DNA of 64,000 nucleotides from an uncultured Gemmatimonadota bacterium. Its GTDB lineage: Bacteria; Gemmatimonadota; Gemmatimonadetes; Palauibacterales; Palauibacteraceae. The notes under the pieces are model-generated. The model did no database searches and was not told the DNA's origin. It saw only the letters and a list, made by a program, of their open reading frames with translations. The translations under genes and the position numbers were made by a program. Each line of letters starts with the position of its first letter. Position 1 is the stretch's first letter. Of the stretch, positions 9,464 to 19,480 are shown in pieces. The stretch spans positions 27,706 to 91,705 of the forward strand of contig CAJWLK010000009.1 of assembly GCA_913043255.1 (NCBI GenBank), given 5' to 3'.

Positions 9464-10674
9464 TTTTTGTCGAGATTCTTCGTGTAGCAATGGACGCGAT
9501 ACGCGCAAACAAACTTCGCTCTTTTCTTACCATGCTGGGGATTGTGATCGGAGTGGGGGCGGTCATCACGATGGTGGCTCTTGGCGAAGGTGCTCAAAGA
9601 GCCGTGGACGAGCAGATCTCTGCGCTCGGAACCAATGTGCTCACGGTCCGTCCTGGTCAAGGAATGTTCCGCGGAGTTCGAGGAGGATCGAACGCGCGAC
9701 TCACGATGGAGGATTTCGAAGCTGTCAAAGCCGGCGCCACCACGGCAATCGTCCAGCTTTCACCCGAGATGCAGGGGCAACTACAGGTGCAGTTTGGTCG
9801 CAGTAACGCCAGCATCCGAATCCTCGGAACAACACCTAACTTCGCCGATGTTAATAATTACACCGTCCAGATGGGGCGGTTTTTTGATGAATCAGAGGTC
9901 CAAGGACGGAGACGAGTTGCCGTCTTGGGTGGAGCCGTCCCAGCTGTCCTAGGTGTCGAGGCGGGAGATGTGCTCGGGCAGATGATATCAATCCGCAATA
10001 TCAGTTTCGAAGTCGTGGGAGTCCTTGAGGAAAAGGGTGGGCAAAGCTGGTTCAACGAAGATGAACAGATCTTCGTTCCAGTGGAGACGGCACAATTTCG
10101 ACTTTTAGGAACCGACCGTATAAACTCGTTTAAGGTCGTGGTGGAGAGTCAGTCAGCAATGCCAGTTGCTATGGTTCAGATTGAGGAAATCCTCCGTCGG
10201 GAACACCGTCTTTCACTTACAAAGGAGAGCGATTTCTGGATCTCAGATAACGCTATGTTCCTGCAGACAAGACAGGAGACAACGCAAACCTTCACCATGC
10301 TTCTAGCTGGGATTGCGGCCGTGAGTCTTTTGGTCGGCGGCATCGGAATTATGAACATCATGCTGGTATCCGTCACCGAACGAACCAAAGAGATCGGTGT
10401 CCGCAAGGCGCTCGGTGCTTCAAGAAATGCAGTTCTCCTACAGTTTCTCCTTGAGGCAACGACACTCTGCATAGCTGGAGGGATTCTAGGGGTGGCATTT
10501 GCGTACGGTGCATCTCGCACGTTGGCGCAGTCGGCTGGCTGGGAGATGGCAATCGCACCCCAAACCGTAGGAATGGCTGTTGTGTTCGCAGCGGTTGTGG
10601 GCGTCTTTTTCGGAATCTGGCCTGCCCGACGCGCGGCAAGCCTCGATCCAATAGTTGCACTTCGGTACGAATAG
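9460..10674 (+). CDS. MacB/FtsX-family ABC transporter permease (no ATPase domain)
   Basis: KLRSFLTMLGIVIGV, GGIGIMNIMLVSVTERTKEIGVRKALGA, PARRAASLDPIVALRYE. Confidence 0.95.
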   Translation: MIFVEILRVAMDAIRANKLRSFLTMLGIVIGVGAVITMVALGEGAQRAVDEQISALGTNVLTVRPGQGMFRGVRGGSNARLTMEDFEAVKAGATTAIVQLSPEMQGQLQVQFGRSNASIRILGTTPNFADVNNYTVQMGRFFDESEVQGRRRVAVLGGAVPAVLGVEAGDVLGQMISIRNISFEVVGVLEEKGGQSWFNEDEQIFVPVETAQFRLLGTDRINSFKVVVESQSAMPVAMVQIEEILRREHRLSLTKESDFWISDNAMFLQTRQETTQTFTMLLAGIAAVSLLVGGIGIMNIMLVSVTERTKEIGVRKALGASRNAVLLQFLLEATTLCIAGGILGVAFAYGASRTLAQSAGWEMAIAPQTVGMAVVFAAVVGVFFGIWPARRAASLDPIVALRYE

Positions 10675-10822
10675 GACACGCAGTACAATCGTGCCTCAGA
10701 AAAAAGCATACAATCTTCTATGATCAAGTTCGCAACTGGTGGCAGTACACCGTATGGTCCCGAGATCTGGGTAATATGTTTTTGCTAGCCCAAACAAAAC
10801 CAAATTGTTCTATAGAGGTTCG

Positions 10823-11332
10823 ATGAGCCTTCCTTTAACAGAGCTTCCAGATTCTGCGCGGGTATGGATATACGGGCTTCAGCGACCGCTCGATGACGAA
10901 AAAAGTGATGCACTTCGCACCAATCTCCTTCATTTTGTGGATCATTGGACTGCCCATGGTGCCCAGCTCCGGGCCGCGATTGACATTATCGAAAACCGTT
11001 TTGCGATCGTGGCAGTCGATGAGGCCGTGGTAGAAACATCTGGCTGTTCAATCGATGCCATAGTCGAACACATGGCCGGCATTGAGGAAGAACTAGACTG
11101 TTCATTGCTAGATGGGATGCGGGTTTTTTATCGAACTGATCAAGGTGAGATCAAGAGTTGTGACCGAAGCGTGTTTCGGACAGAAGCAGAGTTAGGCACC
11201 ATCTCAAAGTCGACCCCCGTCTTTGATCTCACAATTTCAACATTGGGTGAATTTCGATCAGGGGCACTGGAACGTCCACTCCACGACTCTTGGCACCGAC
11301 ATCTTGTAAATAAGGCACTCAAGTCCTCTTAA
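10823..11332 (+). CDS. Conserved hypothetical protein (RVWIY / WxAHG / SGCSID family)
   Basis: Motifs ARVWIYG, HWTAHGAQL and SGCSIDA, which I recall from an uncharacterised FCB-group family; no Walker A. Confidence 0.75.
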   Translation: MSLPLTELPDSARVWIYGLQRPLDDEKSDALRTNLLHFVDHWTAHGAQLRAAIDIIENRFAIVAVDEAVVETSGCSIDAIVEHMAGIEEELDCSLLDGMRVFYRTDQGEIKSCDRSVFRTEAELGTISKSTPVFDLTISTLGEFRSGALERPLHDSWHRHLVNKALKSS

Positions 11333-11344
11333 ACTGAGGCACAC

Positions 11345-12499
11345 GTGACGCAGCAAGTGGTAGAAGAAGAAAAAAGATCGAAGTTGGCAGTGGCCCTTTC
11401 TGGCGGAGGAGCGCGCGCTGCTTATCAGGCGGGGGTTTTATATCACATCGGTCAACGGCTCCCCAAGCTCCAAGTCCCCATCCTCACCGGCGTCTCTGCT
11501 GGTGGCATTAATCTGGGGTTTCTCGCGTCTTCTAAAGGTGATTTTCTAGGTGCGACACAAACCCTAAAACATCATTGGCTCTCACTCTCAACTAAAGAAG
11601 TATTCCAAACGAGCCCGACCTCACTCCTCAAAGGGGTTTTTCGATCGGGAGTATCGTTGCTCGCAGGTGGCAGCACTCTTGGACCTCAATTTCGGAGCTT
11701 ACTCGACACATCCCCGCTGCTCCAGTTCGTTACAAACAACATGATTATCAGTAACATACAGGAACGACTGGACGCCGGTGAGATAGAAGCCGTTGGGCTA
11801 ACGGCGATCTCGTATCAGACAGGGCGTACTGTACTCTTCGTCCAGGGCAACACGCCTATCCAAGCCACACCTTCGCGCTCTCACCACCGTATTGTGCAGA
11901 CAGCATTGAGGATCGACCATATCATGGCCTCCGCAGCCATTCCTCTTCTCTTTCCAGCTGTCAAGATTGGGCGGAAGCACTATGGCGACGGAAGTTTTCG
12001 ATTGACAGCTCCCTTGGGACCGGCAATCCACCTCGGAGCGGAGAAGATATTTGCTATATCCGCCCGGTACGGTCGTGCACCCTCAGAGGAAAACCGGTTC
12101 GACGCTATTGGCGGCTACCCAGCTCCCGCTCGAGTTTTAGGGTTACTCCTCAACTCGGTGTTTCTAGATACATTAGACTGGGATGCCATCTCGGTTCGAC
12201 GAATCAACCATCTAATTGATCAACTCACACCTGCCGCACGTGAAAAGGAGAGCTTGCGTCGAGTTGATCTTATGATCCAGCGTCCATCGAAAGACATAGG
12301 GAAACTAGCCAGCAATTTTGAGGTGCAACTGCCTCGCGGCTTGCGGTTCTTAGTCCGAGGATTGGGCACACCTAACAACCGAAATGCAGACTTTTTGAGT
12401 TATCTGCTTTTTGAAAGCGAATACATAAGGGCTCTGGTTGAGCTGGGAGAGGCAGACGCCGAATCAAACTGGGAAAATATCCGAAACTTCTTGACCTAA
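11345..12499 (+). CDS. Patatin-like phospholipase
   Basis: LSGGGARAAYQAG oxyanion loop, GVSAG nucleophile, ASAAIP, DGS catalytic Asp. Confidence 0.92.
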   Translation: MTQQVVEEEKRSKLAVALSGGGARAAYQAGVLYHIGQRLPKLQVPILTGVSAGGINLGFLASSKGDFLGATQTLKHHWLSLSTKEVFQTSPTSLLKGVFRSGVSLLAGGSTLGPQFRSLLDTSPLLQFVTNNMIISNIQERLDAGEIEAVGLTAISYQTGRTVLFVQGNTPIQATPSRSHHRIVQTALRIDHIMASAAIPLLFPAVKIGRKHYGDGSFRLTAPLGPAIHLGAEKIFAISARYGRAPSEENRFDAIGGYPAPARVLGLLLNSVFLDTLDWDAISVRRINHLIDQLTPAAREKESLRRVDLMIQRPSKDIGKLASNFEVQLPRGLRFLVRGLGTPNNRNADFLSYLLFESEYIRALVELGEADAESNWENIRNFLT

Positions 12500-12574
12500 T
12501 CCTTCACACATAACAGCGCAGGCGACCGGCACAACCAACTCAAAAAGCCGGATTCGACTGAGTCAACATCAACA

Positions 12575-13576
12575 TCATTTGAACGCTTTCGAACTCGTTG
12601 AATGTCCCGGGGCCACTTTCGCACTTGGGTCCAAGTAATGCACTGCGTTGTTAACAGCGATTGCGGCCTCGCCAAAGCCAGTGGAAATCAACTCAAGCTT
12701 TCCTTCGTATGTTGCTATGTCGCCTGCTGCATATACACCTGCAATATTTGTCTGCATGCGTGAGTCGACCTGGATGGCATTCCCTTCGAGTTTGAGACCC
12801 CATTCCGCGATTGGTCCAATGTTGGGAACAAACCCTATCAGCGCGAGAACCTCGTCCACCTCGAGAATCTGGGTTTCCTTTGTTTTAGTATGCACCAAAG
12901 TCACTCGGTCAACTCGATCATCTCCGTGGACATCCTCGACCGAGTAGAACTTTAGGAGGTTCAACTCGCCTCGTTTGTCTGCACTTTCCACTTGGTTTAC
13001 GGTCCGTTCATGCGCACGAAAACGGTCCGACCGGTGAATATGGGTAAGTTCATGTGCAATCCCGCGTAGTGCCCAACTCCAGTCAAACGCCGAATCACCA
13101 CCACCTACAATCAGCACCTTTTTCCCGCGAAAAAACTCAGGGTCTTTCACGTGCGTGGTAATTCCCTTACCCCAAAACTTATCCCACCCATCCACAGACA
13201 AGGTCCTACTCTTAAAAGCACCCTTCCCCCCAGCAATCACCAGGGAGCGAGTAGGCTTGGGTCCTTTGTCCGTCATGAGGTCAAAGTGCCGGTCACCTGG
13301 ATTCAACTTTAGGACGCGGTGCTCCAGACATACATCGGCCTCGAACTGCATCGCTTGCTCAACAAGATCACGAGCGAGATCCTTGGCCAAGACTCTCGGG
13401 AAGCCGGCCACATCATACACATCCTTTTCCGGATAAAGTGCGGTTAGCTGGCCACCAAGCTCCGGAAGAACATCAATGATCCGCGCCGACACACCACGCA
13501 TGCCCGCATAAAACAGGCCATAGAGACCTGTGGGACCACCCCCAATGATCGTGATGTCGACAGTTTCGGTGCTCAT
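12575..13576 (-). CDS. Thioredoxin-reductase-type ferredoxin--NADP(+) reductase (YumC-like)
   Basis: IIGGGPTG, GGQLTALYPEKDVYD, GGGDSA, HRSDRFRAH, GDIATYEGK, C-terminal PGHS; no CxxC. ATG 13576 overlaps the upstream stop. Confidence 0.88.
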   Translation of the reverse strand: MSTETVDITIIGGGPTGLYGLFYAGMRGVSARIIDVLPELGGQLTALYPEKDVYDVAGFPRVLAKDLARDLVEQAMQFEADVCLEHRVLKLNPGDRHFDLMTDKGPKPTRSLVIAGGKGAFKSRTLSVDGWDKFWGKGITTHVKDPEFFRGKKVLIVGGGDSAFDWSWALRGIAHELTHIHRSDRFRAHERTVNQVESADKRGELNLLKFYSVEDVHGDDRVDRVTLVHTKTKETQILEVDEVLALIGFVPNIGPIAEWGLKLEGNAIQVDSRMQTNIAGVYAAGDIATYEGKLELISTGFGEAAIAVNNAVHYLDPSAKVAPGHSTSSKAFK

Positions 13577-14160
13577 GTCGACATCCCTCCAGCCCCATCC
13601 CTCTCGGACCACGCTGTCACGTTCTCCCATTTTCGTTTTAGCGAATGTGACCCATAGTCGATGATGGCCCACACCGAAGTCACACCCACCAATAACACGA
13701 GGAGAGGAACATATCTGGGGTCGAAGATCAGAGCGAGTAAGGCAAGGAGCTGGAGACCAGTAGCAATCTTTCCTGGCCACCTTGGTCTAAACGGAATAAC
13801 CAGAGAAACAAGTCGTCCCAACGCATAGCACCCAGTGGTAAAGGCGTCCCGTAAGATTAGAATTAGGAACGAAGCCCAATCCAAGTGCGGACCGAGGAGA
13901 AATCCAGACAATGCAAGCAGTACGAACAGCTTATCACAGAGCGGATCAAGGAGAAGCCCGATTTGGGATACCGTCCCGCTCACGCGCGCGATAAATCCAT
14001 CCAGTACGTCCGTCGCACCAGCAACGACGACGATCAAGGCCATCATTTCCGGTTCCGGCACCGCAATGAAGGCTATGCCTAGTGGCACTCTGGATAGTGA
14101 CAACACGTTGGAAAGGGTAAGAAACCCTGGGTCATGCGTCTGTATGGGAACGCCTCTCAC
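13573..14160 (-). CDS. CDP-alcohol phosphatidyltransferase (PgsA-like)
   Basis: NVLSLSR and the TDVLDGFIAR...GLLLDPLCDK signature. Confidence 0.9.
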   Translation of the reverse strand: MRGVPIQTHDPGFLTLSNVLSLSRVPLGIAFIAVPEPEMMALIVVVAGATDVLDGFIARVSGTVSQIGLLLDPLCDKLFVLLALSGFLLGPHLDWASFLILILRDAFTTGCYALGRLVSLVIPFRPRWPGKIATGLQLLALLALIFDPRYVPLLVLLVGVTSVWAIIDYGSHSLKRKWENVTAWSERDGAGGMST

Positions 14161-14407
14161 TCTTATTCAGCTGTAACACGCCGTTGGGTTCACGGTATTT
14201 TTCATCTATTTTCAGCTATAGGAAGATGCACATTCTGACCCCATAGCTTCTAGTGGTCGATAGCGAAGCACCTAGAACCAGTAATTGTAACAACCAAAAC
14301 CGCCAATACCTGGCGAGTCAGTTTCAACTCCTATTGTCAAAATAGCTTACTTTCTCAACAAAGAGACCTCCAACAATGGGTAGCCGGCAAGTTATTAAAT
14401 AAATGAG

Positions 14408-15409
14408 ATGGATCTTGACTCAGATCCCAGGATGGATTCTGCTAGTAAAATGAAGAACATGAGACTCAGAGAAGACATAGCAACACCGTGGAGAGGATTC
14501 TCCCTAATCATTTCTATCATGACCGTTGTGGTCTGCATCTTCTTCTTAGACGTTACCGTTCGGGCCACAACCGAAGGGGAAAAGATAACCGTTCGCACGC
14601 CCTCTGCTCCTGATCTACGGGCCGGGTCGCCTGTTTGGGTAGCCGGACGCCCAGCCGGGCGTGTCCTTTCCGTTGACTTCATACCACCATCCCATGGCGG
14701 ACCAAACGTGGTCATCCAAGCGGCCCTTAAAAACAGTGCCGGTTCGTTTGTGCGAGCAGATGCTCGGGCCACAGTTCGCACATCCGATTTTTTGGCTCCT
14801 ATGATTTTAGCAATCGACCCCGGTTCAGGAAACGAGGCACCGTGGGATTATACCGATACGCTTTACACGGAAGAGCCACCACACAATCCAGAGACTATCA
14901 TCGCGCTTTCCAACGGTCTTTTGGAGGGAGTACAACGCCTTAAAATCCAGGCGGAAGAAACGAAACGCGCTGTAGAAAATGGACCCGGGTCCCTCGCACT
15001 TATTCAACAGAATCCAAATTTACTTCAAGCCATGCGCGATGAGCTTGAACAGATGCAAGAGACGCTTGAAAACAATCTGCCACATTCATTGTTAGGTCAA
15101 CTTTCGTCCGACACGGTGGTTGGCCCCTCATTCACTAGAATTAAGGATCGGCTCGCCCAATGGAGCAATCTGCCGCGCCGACAAAGCACACTAGCAAGCA
15201 TTAAAGCTTCGATCAAAGCTTTTGAAGCAATCTCGTCACGTCTACAGCAAATCATCAGGAATGTGGCAGTCGGTCAGGGCACAGCGGGCCGATCACTCGT
15301 GGACGAGGAGCTTGCCTACCAGATTGAGTTACTCAAAGCTCAAATTGGCGACATTTCTGAGCACCTTAAAAATCACCCGACCACGTGGCTACGAGTGCGG
15401 GTCTTTTAA
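14408..15409 (+). CDS. MlaD/MCE-domain protein with long helical C-terminus
   Basis: N-terminal TM, LRAGSPVWVAGRPAGRV MCE motif, IDPG, coiled-coil tail with GTAGR...LKNHP. Confidence 0.8.
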   Translation: MDLDSDPRMDSASKMKNMRLREDIATPWRGFSLIISIMTVVVCIFFLDVTVRATTEGEKITVRTPSAPDLRAGSPVWVAGRPAGRVLSVDFIPPSHGGPNVVIQAALKNSAGSFVRADARATVRTSDFLAPMILAIDPGSGNEAPWDYTDTLYTEEPPHNPETIIALSNGLLEGVQRLKIQAEETKRAVENGPGSLALIQQNPNLLQAMRDELEQMQETLENNLPHSLLGQLSSDTVVGPSFTRIKDRLAQWSNLPRRQSTLASIKASIKAFEAISSRLQQIIRNVAVGQGTAGRSLVDEELAYQIELLKAQIGDISEHLKNHPTTWLRVRVF

Positions 15410-15448
15410 AGAAAAACGCACTGAGGTTAAGAACACCTCGCCCCGAAC

Positions 15449-15805
15449 TTACGATCTCTTGCTAGGCAGCCCACCCTGAACCACAAATTTCATTAAATCA
15501 ACCTTTCGTCCACGCTTTCTCTTCACTCCGATCACAACGTGGTCAACCACCGAGTCTCGATCTTCCAACGAAAATGCTACGTCGACTGATCCATCCGCGG
15601 ATGAGATGCGGGTTCGCACCACTCTACCGGGTTCAGCTTCCGCCTTACGAGCCGGATTTCGAACTAAAGTTTGTGACGAACGCCGTCGACCAGCCGGAAG
15701 TGATCGAGACAACTTAATCAACCTGAACCAATCGGGCTGGTAGCTAACTCGCCATAAGTTTCCGAGCTGATCTAGACCCTTTCCCTCTCGATTGTGCCGT
15801 GCCAT
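15449..15805 (-). CDS. Hypothetical basic protein
   Basis: ATG with AGGAG RBS; 118 aa, Arg-rich; divergent from rho. Confidence 0.75.
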   Translation of the reverse strand: MARHNREGKGLDQLGNLWRVSYQPDWFRLIKLSRSLPAGRRRSSQTLVRNPARKAEAEPGRVVRTRISSADGSVDVAFSLEDRDSVVDHVVIGVKRKRGRKVDLMKFVVQGGLPSKRS

Positions 15806-15876
15806 TAATGCTCCTTTATTTCCCGAAAAATGGTCGTCACCATAAATAAAAGTTTTGTTCGTACAAGAGACAGCGC

Positions 15877-15905
15877 TTGACCGTTCTAGCGTGAATCATT
15901 ATGGT
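15877..15905 (+). promoter_or_regulatory. Putative sigma-70 promoter of rho
   Basis: TTGACC (15877-15882), 17 nt, TATGGT (15900-15905). Confidence 0.5.
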
Positions 15906-16066
15906 CGTTTTAACCAGCCCGAACCACATCCCCGAATCTTGCCGTACAAACAACCGTTGGAATCACTGGCGCTGTTGATTGTATTTACTGAGGGGATCTA
16001 CGGCACACGGAAGAATCCACGCTTGACAATCTCACCGAGAAACATCTCTTACCGGAGGAAAATCCG

Positions 16067-17320
16067 TTGGACATCGGCACACTGAAATCCAAGTCGATCG
16101 GCGAGCTTCACTCGATGGCTGAAGAACTCGACATTCGTAACTTCTCAGGCTTGCGAAAGCCAGATCTTATCTTCCGAATCGAACAAAACTTGCTCGACTC
16201 TGACGTAGTTCTTCGCGGGGAGGGCGTTCTTGAGATCCTTCCTGAAGGATATGGTTTTCTTAGGAGCCAAGACTGGAACTACCTCTATGGTACAGACGAC
16301 ATCTACGTATCTCCATCGCAAATCAAACGTTTCGATATGCGGACGGGAGATACGATCCAGGGGCAGGTCCGACCGCCAAAAGATGGTGAGCGATATCTCG
16401 CTTTATTAAAAGTTGAGGAGGCAAACGGTACTGATCCAGAGAAGGCTAAGCACCGAATTGCGTTTGACAATCTCCGACCACGTTATCCAGAAGAACGGCT
16501 TGTTCTCGAGGGTGAGGATGGAGATATATCCACTCGGATTCTCGACCTCATTGCCCCCATAGGGAAAGGACAACGCAGTCTCATCGTGTCCCCTCCCAAG
16601 GCAGGGAAAACAATTCTCCTGCAAAAAATCGCCAATGCAATCGTCAAGAATCAACCGGATGCCAAAGTAATCGTCCTGCTCATCGATGAACGACCCGAAG
16701 AAGTCACCGACATGGAAGAAAATGTTCCTGCGGAAATCATATCTTCGACTTTTGATGAGCCAGCGGATCGTCACACACAGGTGGCTGACATGGTGCTTGA
16801 GAAAGCAAAGCGGCTTGTCGAATACAAACATGATGTTGTGATCTTGCTTGACTCGATAACACGGCTGGCACGCGCCTACAACACCACAATTCCACACTCC
16901 GGGAAAATTCTGTCGGGTGGTGTAGACGCAAACGCCCTCCACAAACCAAAGCGATTCTTTGGAGCGGCGAGAAATATTGAAGAGGGGGGAAGTTTGACGA
17001 TCATTGCCACGGCTCTCATTGAGACTGGGAGTCGGATGGACGAGGTTATCTTCGAAGAGTTCAAGGGAACGGGTAACAGCGAAGTTTTGCTCGATCGTCA
17101 GATCGCTGACAAACGAATATATCCGGCAATTGACCTCAACCGATCGAGTACACGGAAAGAGGAACTTCTCTTAAACGAAATCGAACTCAACCGCATGTAT
17201 CTGCTACGCAATTTTATCGCGGACATGCCTGCTTCCGAAGCGATCCAATTTATGATCAAACGACTCAACCGTACCGAAAACAATCAAGAATTTCTTGATT
17301 CGATGGCCGCAGGTGAGTAG
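16067..17320 (+). CDS. rho: Transcription termination factor Rho
   Basis: [50 protein letters not shown]; TTG start after GGAGG. Confidence 0.98.
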   Translation: MDIGTLKSKSIGELHSMAEELDIRNFSGLRKPDLIFRIEQNLLDSDVVLRGEGVLEILPEGYGFLRSQDWNYLYGTDDIYVSPSQIKRFDMRTGDTIQGQVRPPKDGERYLALLKVEEANGTDPEKAKHRIAFDNLRPRYPEERLVLEGEDGDISTRILDLIAPIGKGQRSLIVSPPKAGKTILLQKIANAIVKNQPDAKVIVLLIDERPEEVTDMEENVPAEIISSTFDEPADRHTQVADMVLEKAKRLVEYKHDVVILLDSITRLARAYNTTIPHSGKILSGGVDANALHKPKRFFGAARNIEEGGSLTIIATALIETGSRMDEVIFEEFKGTGNSEVLLDRQIADKRIYPAIDLNRSSTRKEELLLNEIELNRMYLLRNFIADMPASEAIQFMIKRLNRTENNQEFLDSMAAGE

Positions 17321-17499
17321 CGGGATTCTGCACAAACCACACGTTGAAACTCATTTTAGAATTCCACAGGTATCGGAACACTCCCCCAAGAAGCAATTGT
17401 GGATCGCTCCCGATGTCTCTGTATCGTATAATTATGGTTCAATGTTAAACCGTACACTGCCACACCACCGTAATGACTAGTTTCAAGCGAGGGAAAGTA

Positions 17500-19080
17500 A
17501 TGAGACGTCTATTCGCTGCTGTATTTGTCCTGCTCACGGGTCTAAGTGAAACTACCGAGGCCCAATTTGATAACGTGGGCTCGATTCAATTCCCCACATC
17601 CGCTGCTGGTGAAGCGCAGCAACATTTCCTTCGTGGCGTCTCGATCCTCCATAGCTTCGGCTGGAAACAAGCACGAGCGCAGTTCCACGCAGCACAAGAG
17701 ATTGACCCTGACTTTGCTTTGGCATACTGGGGGGAATCACTCGCTTACAACCACCCGCTCGTTTCGCAGATGGACACCACTGAACCTCGAAAGGCTCTTG
17801 CAAGACTGGCTCCTACTCGTGCCGAGCGGCTGGCCAAAGCTCCTACTGACAGGGAAAAAGGGTTCTTGAATGCAGTCGAGATCTTGTGGGGTGAAGACGA
17901 ACATGTGGCGCGCCGGGTTGGTTACATGGAAGCGATGGCGGACCTATATGAACAATACCCAGAGGATCCAGAAGTTGCGGCATTCTATTCGTTGTCGATG
18001 CTAGGCGCCGTCGCAGCCACAGGAGACTTGAGTCAACGTCTTAATGTTAGAGCAGGCAGTATTGCGCTCGAACTGTTCAAAGATAATCCGAATCACCCCG
18101 GGGCAGCACACTACACGATCCACTCTTTTGACAACCCTCTTATGGCGCCCCTTGCACTCAAAGCAGCGTATCAATTCGCTAATATTGCCCCTGCTGTCTC
18201 ACACGCCCGACACATGCCGACTCACATTTTCATTCAGCATGGGATGTGGACCAGAGTATCAGGAAACAACCAATCGGCCTACGATGCAGCCGCCGAATTA
18301 TGGGAACCAGGGGATGCACTTGGAGATGGGATCCACGCGCTCGATTGGGGTCAATACGGAGATTTACAGCGTGGAGACTATGAGAAGGCTCGAGTTTGGA
18401 TGACGCGGCTAGACGACATGGTGGCAATGAATGGGTACTCGAGCGGCGGGGCGCGAGGCGCCGCCGGCATCGATCGCGCCAAAAACAGTGTATCACTCCT
18501 TAAGGCACGCTATATCGTCGAGACGGAGGAGTGGGAAATCCTCCCCATTACTGCTGAGTCTCGGGCGCACGAGCTACTGGCTACAGGCCTCAGTGCTGCG
18601 CGGATGGGGGACCAAGATAATTTGGCCGCCGCCGAATCCGCACTCTCCAAGCTGGCGGAATCAGGTAACAACGCAAACAAGATTATGTATAAAGAAGTCA
18701 GCGCGCTCCTACATGCGGGCATGGGACACGGTGACTTTGCTACCAGTCTGATGGATGAAGCGGTGACAATTGTAGAAACCATGGCCCCACCTCGCGGCGC
18801 TGCCAGTCCAGTAAAGCCCGTATACGAGTTGTACGGAGAACTCCTACTTGACCTAAATCGGCCTGGTGACGCGATCGAAAAGTTCGAAACATCGCTTACG
18901 CGCATGCCTCTGAGGCCAAGGTCCTTGCTTGGATTGGCACGGGCCAATGCTGCAACCGAAAATTACGCAGATGCGGCAGAGGCTTATGCAATGCTAACCA
19001 AGATCTGGACAGGTCACGATTCATTCGAAGCCATGCAGGAGGCGAAAAAGTTTCTGGAGACGGCCGACTATCAACCGTAG
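17500..19080 (+). CDS. Secreted TPR-repeat protein with His-rich conserved motifs
   Basis: Signal peptide, DPDFALAYWG TPR, HPGAAHYTIH and HARHMPTHIF motifs. Confidence 0.8.
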   Translation: MRRLFAAVFVLLTGLSETTEAQFDNVGSIQFPTSAAGEAQQHFLRGVSILHSFGWKQARAQFHAAQEIDPDFALAYWGESLAYNHPLVSQMDTTEPRKALARLAPTRAERLAKAPTDREKGFLNAVEILWGEDEHVARRVGYMEAMADLYEQYPEDPEVAAFYSLSMLGAVAATGDLSQRLNVRAGSIALELFKDNPNHPGAAHYTIHSFDNPLMAPLALKAAYQFANIAPAVSHARHMPTHIFIQHGMWTRVSGNNQSAYDAAAELWEPGDALGDGIHALDWGQYGDLQRGDYEKARVWMTRLDDMVAMNGYSSGGARGAAGIDRAKNSVSLLKARYIVETEEWEILPITAESRAHELLATGLSAARMGDQDNLAAAESALSKLAESGNNANKIMYKEVSALLHAGMGHGDFATSLMDEAVTIVETMAPPRGAASPVKPVYELYGELLLDLNRPGDAIEKFETSLTRMPLRPRSLLGLARANAATENYADAAEAYAMLTKIWTGHDSFEAMQEAKKFLETADYQP

Positions 19081-19175
19081 TATTGGTCGAGCCGGTAGCA
19101 AGTTAAATCGCCATCGAGAAAACAACACTTAAAGTCACCATACGGCGACCGTTTACTGGCGCTGAGGAATAGACT

Positions 19176-19424
19176 ATGCCGATCTACGAATATGCCTGCC
19201 GTTCCTGTGAATGCGCGTTCGAGCTCTTGATCCGTAATGAGTTGACACCTACCTGCCCTTCGTGCGAGGGCCAAGACCTAGAGCGGATGCTATCCCTGCC
19301 TCGGGTACATTCGGAAGGTCGAAAAGCGCGCAGTCTGTCGGCCGCACGGCAACGCGATACCAAACTAGGACAGGAGCGCGTCCGGACTCAACGTGAATAC
19401 GAACTAGCTCACGATGACCACTAA
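19176..19424 (+). CDS. FmdB-family zinc ribbon protein
   Basis: MPIYEYACRSC...FELL...CPSC. Confidence 0.88.
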   Translation: MPIYEYACRSCECAFELLIRNELTPTCPSCEGQDLERMLSLPRVHSEGRKARSLSAARQRDTKLGQERVRTQREYELAHDDH

Positions 19425-19480
19425 TCAAATAGAACAAGAGCCCAGTACGGACAAACCTTAAGCCGGAGAAATCAACGGAA

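Noticed and set aside
13577-13780. 68-aa N-terminal extension of the reductase in the ORF track
   Set aside because: It overlaps the phosphatidyltransferase gene; ATG 13576 with RBS and ATGA overlap is the better start.
14161-14407. AT-richer gap with a short minus-strand hydrophobic ORF (LKLTRQVLAVLVVTITGSRCFAIDH)
   Set aside because: Only about 25 codons with a TTG start and no recognisable family; more simply a divergent promoter region.
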